A stretch of DNA of 64,000 nt. Source: Azolla caroliniana (taxonomy: Eukaryota > Plantae > Polypodiophyta). Where the stretch lies: positions 17,174,001 through 17,238,000 of the forward strand of contig JBHGNT010000001.1 of the NCBI GenBank assembly GCA_043228905.1, written 5' to 3'. Shown in pieces: positions 1 through 9,692 of the stretch. Position 1 is the first letter of the stretch. Each line of letters opens with the position of its first letter. The notes beneath the pieces are model-generated. The model had not been told where the DNA came from and did no database searches. It worked only from the letters and a program-made list of their open reading frames with translations. The position numbers were made by a program, and so were the translations under genes.

Positions 1-800
1 TACATCTTACTTTTCCTCCTTACATTTGTCTATTATTCCTATGTTACAATTTTCTTAAGTTCACGTGCAATGTTGCACATCTTGTTTTATTCCACCCACT
101 CGGGTTTTCTTACCAAGGCCGAAAATCCTCACGACATCCACCCCCACCAAACCGCACATCCACCGGTATGTGCCAAGAAAGGAGAAGAGGTGAGATTCTC
201 GAAAATAGTGATCAACCGGTTTCTGCCGTGTTTTCGTTCTCTTTGATCGACTTCGTCCTCCATTTCGAGCACACCCATCCCTTCCACACGAACCATCGTA
301 GCCTCTCGAGTCGCCATGTCAGCCACACGTCCTCGAACAGTCGGCTCCATCCGATCCGCTATATCCGACGCTTGCACCTTCTTCCCCGATTAGTACTCCC
401 GAACAACTGTGCCGATCCGTTCACTCTTCCTTTGTTTGCCACTTATGTCCTCTAGATGCACTCCCGGTTACTCCGATCACATGGCGGATTCCGCCCCTCG
501 CGTTGTCGGGGTAGTTGTGGTTCGTGCGGCGAAGTTGCAGGGACTAAGGTTAAGGGGAGTTGAAGGAACTTTTATAAGGCTTGCGCTCAAATGTTAGGAA
601 GATAAAGGATATGAAGAATAATAGTTTAAAGTAATATGTGTGAGAGTGAGACTAGAATAGATAAAAGATAGAGGCAATGTATGATTCAAGACGCAAGATA
701 GAGACAAAGTATGATTTAAGACAAAAAAGTATATGATATGTATTACGAATACAAGATTTTACCAACTTTACAATGTTTGGTAGCAAGATGAACCCTTTCT

Positions 801-872
801 CTACCGACCCTTGATTCGAACTCACGACCTCAACTTCGAAACAAGAGGTTCTCCACCCAATGAGCTAATCTT
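801..872 (-). other. tRNA-like Pol III cassette C in LTR R/U5 (copy at about 7272-7343)
   Basis: Minus strand TAGCTCATTGGGTGGAG (from 867) ... AGGTCGTGAGTTCGAATC (B-box 823-813) at tRNA-like spacing. Confidence 0.65.
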
Positions 873-1111
873 CTTTACTTAATTGTATTACTTTCTCACT
901 TTCTCTTGATCCCCTTGTTTTCCCTTTCCCCTCTTTATATAAGTGTTACCATGCATATGGTAATGTATGGGAGCATGGCATGCATGCAATGCATGAGTTA
1001 CATGTAATGCATGATCGCCATTTGGCGCACATGCATTGCATGTGATGAATGATGGCTATGTATGAAAATAGATATGGGATAAGTATAATGATGAAAATGC
1101 ATTCTAAAATA

Positions 1112-1177
1112 ACTAACCTAGCTTAGTGGTGTATACTTGGTGCTTGGTATACAAGGTTGAGGGTTCAAGTCCCTCAA
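1112..1177 (+). other. tRNA-like Pol III cassette A in LTR U3 (copy at about 7583-7648)
   Basis: A-box TAGCTTAGTGGT 1119-1130; stem TGTATAC..GTATACA; T-arm TTGAGGG-TTCAAGT-CCCTCAA containing the B-box at 1162-1172. Confidence 0.7.
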
Positions 1178-1247
1178 TTTTACTTAATACAATATATAGC
1201 TTCATTCTTATATCATGAAGCACATTTATTACACACTTTTACAAATA

Positions 1248-1313
1248 AATAGCCTAGCCTAGTGGTATGTACATTGTATATCGTTTATAAGAATGTGGGT
1301 TCAAGTCTCTCAA
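1248..1313 (+). other. tRNA-like Pol III cassette B in LTR U3 (copy at about 7719-7784)
   Basis: A-box TAGCCTAGTGGT 1255-1266; B-box GGTTCAAGTCT 1298-1308; diverged 136-bp tandem duplicate of cassette A. Confidence 0.65.
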
Positions 1314-1365
1314 ATATTATGAAATACAACATTTAAGTTCATTTTTATATCGTGAAGCACATTCT

Positions 1366-4300
1366 TCACGACACCCACCCCCTCTGAACTTGCACATTGG
1401 TTGTGTAGAGTTCATCCAACACTTCTTCCGATTCTTTTAGTTCTTCTACTTCTTCATAAAATTCGGGCTCTAATGACTCCCTCCTTTTAAATATTTTAAT
1501 CCTTTTTCCTGCAATTGGGATACGAATTTCTGTCCCATCTAATTCATTGAGGAAATATGTGGCTTTATCTGTTATTTTCCTAACTTCATAAGGTCCAAAC
1601 CATCTTTTTGCAAACTTCCGAATAGTACTGTATTGATTATCTAGGCTATTATCATATACTAATACCCAATCTCCCTCTTGGACCTTTCTTGGTCGTATTC
1701 TTTTCATGTTGTCAAATCTGTCCTTATTCTTGATTCTTGCCTCTTTCAATCTAGTAGCTGCTTTTTCTATGTCTTCTATCCTTGATTGAAGTTGTCGTAT
1801 TCGAACCGCACGTAAATCTTCCCTACTCATTTCCGATTCCCAAGGCAACACAGCCCATGTAGTTATCTTTTCTTCAATTGGCATTATTGGCTTCTGTCCT
1901 GTGATTAATTCTGCAGGCATATATCCAGTAACAGTGCTGTGAGTTGTCCTATCAGCCCATAGTGCATAGGGTAAGGTTTTTGGCCAATCACTAACCCGTC
2001 CTCTACATGCCTTTGCCAAAGCTTTGACTATTGGCCCATGTCCCCTTTCTACCTTTCCATTAGCTTCTGGATTGTACGCCGTTGTCAAAGAAAGCCGAAT
2101 TCCTATTTTGTCGAAAAAATCTTGAGCTTCCGCAGAATTGAGTTCTCCCCTATCTGCCACTATCTTCCCGATACATCCATATCTACAAACAATGTCCTCC
2201 AAGATGAATTGACATACTCCTAATGTCCCTTTTGTTCTCAATGAACGACCTTCCACTTGATTTGTTAGATCTTCTCTAGCAAGAACCAAGTATCTCTTTT
2301 GTCCTACTCCAAGTGGCATTGTTACCAAATCTATCATCCACTTGTAATGCACCCCCGGTGAGTATGTTGGGTGTAATTCATCACAAAATTTTACATTTGA
2401 ATAATATTGACAAGTGGGACAAGTTTCCACATACTTTTTTATTTGCTCATAGTATCGAGGCCACCAAAATCGTTCTTTAATCTTACTGAAAGTGGCCCAC
2501 ACTCCTCGATGACCAGCCCATTCTTTGTCATGCAGCTCTTTGATTATCTCCTTTCTTTGCCCTTCAGAACCTATTACTCTTTGCGGGTTTCCAGTCTTGG
2601 TTTTCGGATGTCGCCATAGATATCCTTCATGCAGGAAGAACTTATGGGCTTTCTTGCGAAACTGTGAGAACTCTTTTCCAGATCGACCTTTGTACTTGTC
2701 AGGGGTTTGTAGGTATTTCCCTATTTCCTTGAATTCTTCTTCATACTCCTCTTCTAGAAACTGCATTCCTCCTTCCCGAGTAATGCTTGTGGTAAGGACT
2801 GTTTGTTCTTTGTCCTCATCGTCCGAGTCTGGAATCTCCTCTTCCTCATACCTTGCTCTTGATAACATATCTGCTACTGCATTTCTATTCCCAGAGATAT
2901 GTCGAACTTCAGGGTTGATTGATCTAATATAGATACACCATCTTAACATGGCTTGATCTGGAATATCACAATTAGCTATGATACCCAGAATAGGCAAACA
3001 ATCTGTTTCTATTATTACTTCAGCACCAATTAAGTAATCTCTGTCTGTCTTTACAGCTGTTACTATCCCCCATAGCTCTCTTTTCACCTGTGCATATTTT
3101 CTTTGTCGACCACTAAGAACCTTTGCCCCGAATCGGACTGGATACCTTTCTTCCCTATCTTGTTGGCTTATCACCCATCCAATTCCAATGGGACTAGAGT
3201 CTACTGTGAGATATATGGGCCGGGTGTAGTCTGGTTGCTTTAATGGTGGAGCTTGTGCCAAGTAGTACTTCAATTTCTTCATTGCCTCGGAATGCTCTTC
3301 ACTCCATTCAAATGTCTCTCCTTTTCTTAGGAGTCTATATAAAGGTTCAGATAAATGGGCATAATGCGGAATCCATTTACAGTAAAAAACACATACCCCC
3401 AGAAACCTTCGTACTTCTGAGATGGATGTACATTCCTCTTGCATATTTTGAATTGCATTGACCTTGGTTGGGGATGGCTTTCTCCCATATGGGCCACACA
3501 TATGACCAACTATTAATATCTCTTTTGCCCCAAATATTGACTTCGCCCCTGATAAGGTCAAATGCACTTCTTCCATCCTTGATAGCACCTTCTCACAATC
3601 CTTGATATGATCAGCAACGAATTGACGGCAACCACTTTCGTCCAATTCCTCGTTCTTCTCTTCCTCCTTGCATCCCTTAATTGGAACATCATCTAGAAAA
3701 GGCATTGTAATATGAGGAATAAAATCACGAAGTACCTTGTTCATTCCATTCATCATATGCGCCACTGAGTTGGTCGCTCCTTGCGGCAAGGTGCACATCC
3801 GTACTAACCCTATAGGTGTCTTGATAGAAGTTATATCTCGACTTTTGATAGCAAGTTGAAATTGATCATACCCGGAATAAAGGTCTCCCATTGAATATAT
3901 AGCTCTTCCTGCAAACATCTCAGCAAACTCATCCACAATTGGCCCTACTCCCGAGTTTCGGATTGTTACCTTATTCACGGGTTGCATATCTTGGATAAAT
4001 CGGAGTCGCCCATCTTTCTTTAACACAGTGAACCATCGACTCGAGTAAGGAGCGTTCGATGGTTCCAAGATACCCATCCTTATCTTTTCTTTCAAAAGTT
4101 CTAATAGTTGAGGGATTCTAGCCCTAGGCATGGGTATTGGCTTAAAGTTCCATGGAATATGAGGGATAGTGAATATAACCATGGGCTCCACAATTTCTGG
4201 ATCCACACACCCTATTTCCTCCGGTTGGAATGCGAACGCCTTTCCATGCCTTTTTAACATCTCCCTGAACTGCTTTTCTTCAGCGGGTAATAGGAAGTCA

Positions 4301-4830
4301 CCCCCTCCTATTTTCATCCCTTGTATTGTTTCCGGAGTAAACACATGTCCTACCTTTCGTGGGTCTCTGATCATGGGCTCTGTGGCTGCTTCTTTGATTG
4401 CCTTTTCACTATCCCCTGGAAGTGGAGCAGCAATAGGACGAACCTTCTTCTCCACTGTCTTGTACTTTGTTAGTACATGAGCTTCATGATCCTTTCGAGC
4501 AACTTCTTCAATGACCTCATACATCTTGATTGAATGGACAGGAACTTGGATTTCGTTGTCTTCTTCCATTGCTTCCAAATGAGTTATTGTATCTTCAAAA
4601 CTTAATTCTTCAAACATATCCTGAATTTCTTCATCATCATCTATTAATCCAGAACACTTAAAGTACTCGAAAGCATTTTGTATTTTATTATTATTTACTT
4701 TTAGTATAAAAGTAGCACCATTAGATGAGATTGTACAAGGAATATCTTTATTTACATTATTATTTATGGGGTTTTCTTTTATGCTCGGGCTATCACAGCC
4801 CCTACCTGTAAAAGCCCTATCTAAAAATCC
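1366..4830 (-). CDS. pol: Pol (RT-RNase H-integrase), probably reached by -1 frameshift from gag-PR
   Basis: RT motifs LPQGATNS and FLDD, RNase H LTVDSS/ETDC, integrase H-H-C-C and NGKVER, GPY motif. The frame stays open upstream of the listed ATG (4617) to 4842 and so overlaps the gag stop. Confidence 0.92.
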   Translation of the reverse strand, partial: GFLDRAFTGRGCDSPSIKENPINNNVNKDIPCTISSNGATFILKVNNNKIQNAFEYFKCSGLIDDDEEIQDMFEELSFEDTITHLEAMEEDNEIQVPVHSIKMYEVIEEVARKDHEAHVLTKYKTVEKKVRPIAAPLPGDSEKAIKEAATEPMIRDPRKVGHVFTPETIQGMKIGGGDFLLPAEEKQFREMLKRHGKAFAFQPEEIGCVDPEIVEPMVIFTIPHIPWNFKPIPMPRARIPQLLELLKEKIRMGILEPSNAPYSSRWFTVLKKDGRLRFIQDMQPVNKVTIRNSGVGPIVDEFAEMFAGRAIYSMGDLYSGYDQFQLAIKSRDITSIKTPIGLVRMCTLPQGATNSVAHMMNGMNKVLRDFIPHITMPFLDDVPIKGCKEEEKNEELDESGCRQFVADHIKDCEKVLSRMEEVHLTLSGAKSIFGAKEILIVGHMCGPYGRKPSPTKVNAIQNMQEECTSISEVRRFLGVCVFYCKWIPHYAHLSEPLYRLLRKGETFEWSEEHSEAMKKLKYYLAQAPPLKQPDYTRPIYLTVDSSPIGIGWVISQQDREERYPVRFGAKVLSGRQRKYAQVKRELWGIVTAVKTDRDYLIGAEVIIETDCLPILGIIANCDIPDQAMLRWCIYIRSINPEVRHISGNRNAVADMLSRARYEEEEIPDSDDEDKEQTVLTTSITREGGMQFLEEEYEEEFKEIGKYLQTPDKYKGRSGKEFSQFRKKAHKFFLHEGYLWRHPKTKTGNPQRVIGSEGQRKEIIKELHDKEWAGHRGVWATFSKIKERFWWPRYYEQIKKYVETCPTCQYYSNVKFCDELHPTYSPGVHYKWMIDLVTMPLGVGQKRYLVLAREDLTNQVEGRSLRTKGTLGVCQFILEDIVCRYGCIGKIVADRGELNSAEAQDFFDKIGIRLSLTTAYNPEANGKVERGHGPIVKALAKACRGRVSDWPKTLPYALWADRTTHSTVTGYMPAELITGQKPIMPIEEKITTWAVLPWESEMSREDLRAVRIRQLQSRIEDIEKAATRLKEARIKNKDRFDNMKRIRPRKVQEGDWVLVYDNSLDNQYSTIRKFAKRWFGPYEVRKITDKATYFLNELDGTEIRIPIAGKRIKIFKRRESLEPEFYEEVEELKESEEVLDELYTTNVQVQRGWVS
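4768..4830 (-). promoter_or_regulatory. Candidate -1 programmed ribosomal frameshift signal
   Basis: G GAT TTT (4830-4824) directly before the gag TAG; 6-nt spacer; hairpin 4817-4787 with 11/12 pairs; loop GGGG could pair with CCCC at 4771-4768. Confidence 0.75.
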
Positions 4831-6935
4831 TGGGAAAACTCTTCATCCATCTCTTGAATTGGATGTTCCCTCAAGCATTCTTTGTTTCTTTCATGGTTGG
4901 GCCTCACGGTTAAGAATTGGACAGTCTTTCTTCCATCTTGACTCTTGATTCTCGCGAAAGCCGAACCATCATCAATAACCTTTGTTTCCATCCTCACTGC
5001 GGTGATGTAGGGCTGGCCAAGGATGACGGGGTAGGTTGATCGATCCTGCACAAAGAAATTTTGATTCACCGAGACATCACCAATTGTTACCTTCACACTA
5101 GGACATGCTCCGAATAGATCCTCCGTAGTTTCTGTGGCAGCTCTTATTTTCCACCCATGATTCTTGTCAATCGGCCATCGTCCTCGAGCGTAAAATTCCG
5201 ATGACATCATGTTAATCTCTGATCCATGATCGATCAAAGCAATACATGGAATTTGCTGCTCCCCAATTTTTGCAGGTGCCTCCGTTGTTGCTCGAGCCCA
5301 ATGGTCCCTTGTATAGTGACTCCTATCCCCTTCATGGACACCAACATCATTCTGGTTTTTTACACTTGCAGCATTGATGGTGCCACCATACAAATCTTGG
5401 AGTGTTGCTGCACACCCTCCCGTAATTTCCTCCGTCACCTGTCTCTTCCTTCTAATAATATCTATGATAACTTCATGAAATTCTTTCTTTGCTATACCCA
5501 ACACTTCTCTTAAAGTAAATTCTACCTTACTATTTAATATTCTTGTTTCTAGTACCTTTTTTATATCCGTCGTTTTTTCTATGTCTGAGGCAAGCTTGAA
5601 AGATGGGCCTGTCTTTCCTTTTACTTTATCAGCTTCCTTCGGCTCAATAGCACCCTTTTCCATCTCCCTTCTCTTTTGTTCTCGTGTCTCATGTCTCTTT
5701 GTCGGATCAGCTTCCTCAGCTCTCTTCCGCTTCTCTTCCACTAGCACATCTTGTGCATTCACTTGGGCGAATGCTGATAGCGCGTCTACTGGATCATTCC
5801 ATCCAGTGAAGTTTCGTATTTCATCTCCCGCTCTTTTTAATTCATCCACTCGAACCTTCCCTTTTCTTGCATAATCCATCACATCTTGCCAAAAGCCAGA
5901 TCCACCATATGAGTCTTCTACGCGCAATCCTAAGGTTGCCACGGATTGTATCGCTTGAGTCGTTTCTCTCTCGGCATCTTCCATTAGCCTTTTCATTCCT
6001 CCTCGCCCGAAGTTGAGTTGAAGTGGTTGTCGAGTCTCAGTTGAGTGAATCTTGCCATCTTGATAGTAGATTTTATTATGATTAAGAGCATCCCTATGCT
6101 CTTGACAATCTTTCTTCTGGTGGTCGATACTATCACACCACATACACCTTCGGACCATTCCACCTCCCTGCCTTGATGAAGTCGAGCTTTGTCCCGATTC
6201 TAGCTTCGTCACTTTGATCGACAAGTCTTTCATGCCTTTCACTAATTCGTGTAAGAGTGATTCTTCTACTTTCTTTTCTCCCGACTCGTTCCCCGTTTCT
6301 TCATCATTTCTGTCGGGCAACTCCATAAACCATAACTTTCTTTTGCAGAAATGGGCGCACGCCCTTTTCACCTCCTCCCAATCTTCGGTAAGTCCACTTG
6401 GACTATTCTGATCTTCTAAAAGCATTCCCAAGTCCTTCCTGTCTTTAATATTAGTAGCTTGTAGAAACAATATTACTTTATCTGGCACTATTATATTTCT
6501 ATCTCTAACATTTAGTTGCTCAAATCTTTCAGAAAACTCTTTTAATACTTCCAAAACACTTAAATGTTTATTAGACTCTACCCAATCCATGAAAGCTCGC
6601 CTTGTCATCCTTGACATATCGTTGAGGTTGTATTCATTGAGTAATGCTCTTTCGAACGTTGTCCATGTCTGATTCTCCCTTTGTAGCTCCTGGATCCTTT
6701 CTTGTAGCCCAATCGCAACGACTCGACTAAAGCTATTAATTTTTGCAGCTTCGTCGACACCGCGTTTAAGCATTTCTTCATTATAAATCTTCAGAAATCT
6801 TGTTAAATTTATACCTTCGAAGATTCCTACTCGTGCGAGAATATTGTCGACGGCTTTGTCGATGCTTGCCATCATCCCTTGTTCCCGCATCATTCGTTCC
6901 ACCATCGTACACATAAGCCTCATTTGCTCCTCCAT
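4821..6935 (-). CDS. gag: Gag-protease polyprotein (704 aa)
   Basis: Zinc knuckle CMWCDSIDHQKKDC; aspartic protease motif ALIDHGSEIN...VILGQPY; starts just after the PBS. Confidence 0.92.
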   Translation of the reverse strand: MEEQMRLMCTMVERMMREQGMMASIDKAVDNILARVGIFEGINLTRFLKIYNEEMLKRGVDEAAKINSFSRVVAIGLQERIQELQRENQTWTTFERALLNEYNLNDMSRMTRRAFMDWVESNKHLSVLEVLKEFSERFEQLNVRDRNIIVPDKVILFLQATNIKDRKDLGMLLEDQNSPSGLTEDWEEVKRACAHFCKRKLWFMELPDRNDEETGNESGEKKVEESLLHELVKGMKDLSIKVTKLESGQSSTSSRQGGGMVRRCMWCDSIDHQKKDCQEHRDALNHNKIYYQDGKIHSTETRQPLQLNFGRGGMKRLMEDAERETTQAIQSVATLGLRVEDSYGGSGFWQDVMDYARKGKVRVDELKRAGDEIRNFTGWNDPVDALSAFAQVNAQDVLVEEKRKRAEEADPTKRHETREQKRREMEKGAIEPKEADKVKGKTGPSFKLASDIEKTTDIKKVLETRILNSKVEFTLREVLGIAKKEFHEVIIDIIRRKRQVTEEITGGCAATLQDLYGGTINAASVKNQNDVGVHEGDRSHYTRDHWARATTEAPAKIGEQQIPCIALIDHGSEINMMSSEFYARGRWPIDKNHGWKIRAATETTEDLFGACPSVKVTIGDVSVNQNFFVQDRSTYPVILGQPYITAVRMETKVIDDGSAFARIKSQDGRKTVQFLTVRPNHERNKECLREHPIQEMDEEFSQDF

Positions 6936-6952
6936 TTCTCCTCGTCGCCGCC

Positions 6953-6970
6953 TTCACGTCGGGTTCACCA
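6953..6970 (-). promoter_or_regulatory. Primer binding site complementary to tRNA-Trp
   Basis: + strand TTCACGTCGGGTTCACCA equals the 3' 18 nt of plant cytosolic tRNA-Trp(CCA) as I recall it; 2 nt from the LTR. Confidence 0.85.
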
Positions 6971-6972
6971 AA

Positions 6973-7844
6973 TGTTTCGGGGTAGTTGTGGTTCGTGCGG
7001 CGAAGTCGCAGGGACTAAGGTTAAGGGGAGTTGAAGGAACTTTTATAAGGCTTGCGCTCAAATGTTAGGAAGATAAAGGATATGAAGAATAATAGTTTAA
7101 AGTAATATGTGTGAGAGTGAGACTAGTATAGATAAAAGATAGAGGCAATGTATGATTCAAGACGCAAGATAGAGACAAAGTATGATTTAAGACAAAAAAG
7201 TATATGATATGTATTACGAATACAAGATTTTACCAACTTTACAATGTTTGGTAGCAAGATGAACCCTTTCTCTACCGACCCTTGATTCGAACTCACGACC
7301 TCAACTTCGAAACAAGAGGTTCTCCACCCAATGAGCTAATCTTCTTTACTTAATTGTATTACTTTCTCACTTTCTCTTGATCCCCTTGTTTTCCCTTTCC
7401 CCTCTTTATATAAGTGTTACCATGCATATGGTAATGTATGGGAGCATGGCATGCATGCAATGCATGAGTTACATGTAATGCATGATCGCCATTTGGCGCA
7501 CATGCATTGCATGTGATGAATGATGGCTATGTATGAAAATAGATATGGGATAAGTATAATGATGAAAATGCATTCTAAAATAACTAACCTAGCTTAGTGG
7601 TGTATACTTGGTGCTTGGTATACAAGGTTGAGGGTTCAAGTCCCTCAATTTTACTTAATACAATATATAGCTTCATTCTTATATCATGAAGCACATTTAT
7701 TACACACTTTTACAAATAAATAGCCTAGCCTAGTGGTATGTACATTGTATATCGTTTATAAGAATGTGGGTTCAAGTCTCTCAAATATTATGAAATACAA
7801 CATTTAAGTTCATTTTTATATCGTGAAGCACATTCTTCACGACA
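6973..7844 (-). repeat. 5' LTR (872 bp) of the inner gypsy element
   Basis: Direct repeat of 504-1373, followed on the minus strand by the PBS. Confidence 0.95.
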
Positions 7845-8270
7845 GCGTACCGTGTGTGTTCCTCTGTCAGCTCAAAGGCCTCCTCGTCCCAAGCACCTTG
7901 GTGTGCATCCTCTCTCTGTTCCGCGCTTGCCTCCCGTAGGCTCTACCCATGTGTCGTTGTTGTCCTCCGAATACACACTCACTCTTAGGTCCTTATGTGA
8001 CCACATTACGCGGCCCTTGTTTCTCCCTTGCTTGTGGTGTTCTCTCGCGGTAGAGCGTACCTCCATCCCGACATCTGTGTCAGTGTCCCCTGCTTCGGCA
8101 TCCTTTGCGGCTCTCGTTACCGCTTTGTCTCGACCCGCGCCCTCTTGGCCCACTTGGCCTTGCACATCCTCCGGGATGCCACGTTTTCTCTTCCCAGTGT
8201 GTAGCCCCTTGTCCTCCACGCACATCCTCCGGTTTCCAAGACACAACCTTCCGCGCACGCCGTTCGTCCG

Positions 8271-9640
8271 TCAATCTCGGCAACTCACCGCTTTGTCCTC
8301 CATCTCGTACTTGCCTCTCAAAGGTTCAACCGGTCCGCTATTGTCGGTCACTCGTTGTGGCTCCTCCGGATGCATGCTCATTTCTTGGCCCTTTGATGGC
8401 CATAATGCATGCTTCGTATCATGCCGTTCACCCACCGTAGACCCGATCTCCGCGTCGACCTCTTCTTCCTTCGTCGTCGTAGTCCCTTCCAACTCCGATT
8501 GACCCTCTTGGCCCCGCTCATCCGTCTTTCCGTACCGGATACCCGTTCCGACAACCTCGTCCGCTTTGGTCTCCGACTCCTCGCTACTACCCACCGTCTC
8601 TTCGATCTTACGTTGATCCGCAACCGCCGAAGTCTCCGGCATCGATGTTGAGGGATCTTGCCTCCGTCCACTATAATCTTCTTCATTCGCCTTGTCGTCA
8701 CCTTGGTTGCCCGTCTTGCTGCCGCCACCTTCCGTCTCTCTGATCTCATGTGGGCTCTCATGGCCGACCGCCAAAGTCTTTACAACCGATGTGGGAAAGG
8801 TCCCGGCACCATTGCTCGTTGATGTCATGTCCATAGCCACCTCCACCCGGACGTCGTTGTTCGTGGCTACCCCATCTCCATTTATGCAAGCCTCGATTAT
8901 GCTTGCCTCCTCCTCGCTCAATGTTTCGGGAACCCGTGTCCCGAAACATCCGCCCACTCTCGAAGTGGCGCTCATTGTCCCATCATCCTCAGCCTTATCC
9001 ATGGCCATCTCTTCACCGCAAGACGAGAGGTTCGCTCGCTCCGCACCCTCTCCCATGTCGCCGTTGTATGCTCTTTCGGCCTCCACATAGGCCCCATCAT
9101 CCGTGCGTAGGGAGGCATCTTCCTCCGCATCCTCCGATCCTCGCGGACCCAACTCCTTAATAAACCCCTCTTCGGGTTCAATCTTTGACTTCACGATCTC
9201 GTACGCCTCCTATATCAATCCTTCTAGGTCAAACTCCTCTGAACCATTACTCGTTGAGCTCTCTTCCGACGATAGAGCGTAGTCACTCACCACCCTCTCT
9301 TCTCCGCCGCTCGTTGGACGTGTTGTGGCCGACCACTTCTCATCGTGTTGTCAGCATACCCACTCCACTTCGGACCAATCGTCGGTGAAGTCGTGTGCTC
9401 CATGATCATCTTCGAGCTCGAATAAAATCTCCATCCTTTCCTCCTGATGGACCATCTTCAAGAATAGGAGGACTTTGTCCGCCCCCACCAATCTCCGATC
9501 CCGCTCCAAGTGTTGAGCAAAACAACGCTCGAACTCTTGGAATCCATCGCGCTTCGATGGGCCTTCACCGTCGCCACCCATCGATTGAACTCATGCCGAC
9601 CTTGCCCCTTCGGTTTCTCATACCGGTACGCCTCCCATAA
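8271..9640 (-). pseudogene. Degenerate gag fragment followed by an acidic low-complexity ORF (outer element)
   Basis: DKVLLFLKMV...FTDDWSEVEWVC (9351-9581) aligns by eye with inner Gag DKVILFLQAT...LTEDWEEVKRAC; E/D/G-rich 307-aa ORF at 8271-9194. Confidence 0.65.
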
Positions 9641-9692
9641 AGCTTCCATCCTCGTCCTCCCTTGCCACCCTTTCAAGTCGGGTTCACCAAAA

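Larger units (their letters stand above)
504..1373 (-). repeat. 3' LTR (870 bp) of the inner gypsy element
   Basis: Direct repeat of 6973-7844, TG..CA ends, PPT adjacent. Confidence 0.95.
504..7844 (-). mobile_element. Intact young non-chromovirus Ty3/gypsy retrotransposon (Phygy/Selgy/Ylt1-like)
   Basis: LTRs 504-1373 and 6973-7844 are almost identical (I see 2 substitutions and a 2-bp terminal indel). TSD GCGT at 500-503 and 7845-7848. PBS 6953-6970, PPT at about 1374-1385. Uninterrupted gag-PR and RT-RH-INT ORFs, no chromodomain. Lineage name is inferred from motifs. Confidence 0.95.

Noticed and set aside
801-1313. Calling the LTR cassettes functional tRNA genes
   Set aside because: No proper acceptor stems or 7-nt anticodon loops; they are tRNA-like only.
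7852-9160. Several overlapping + strand ORFs of 100-216 aa
   Set aside because: Antisense shadows of GC-rich low-complexity TE interior, with no recognisable motifs.
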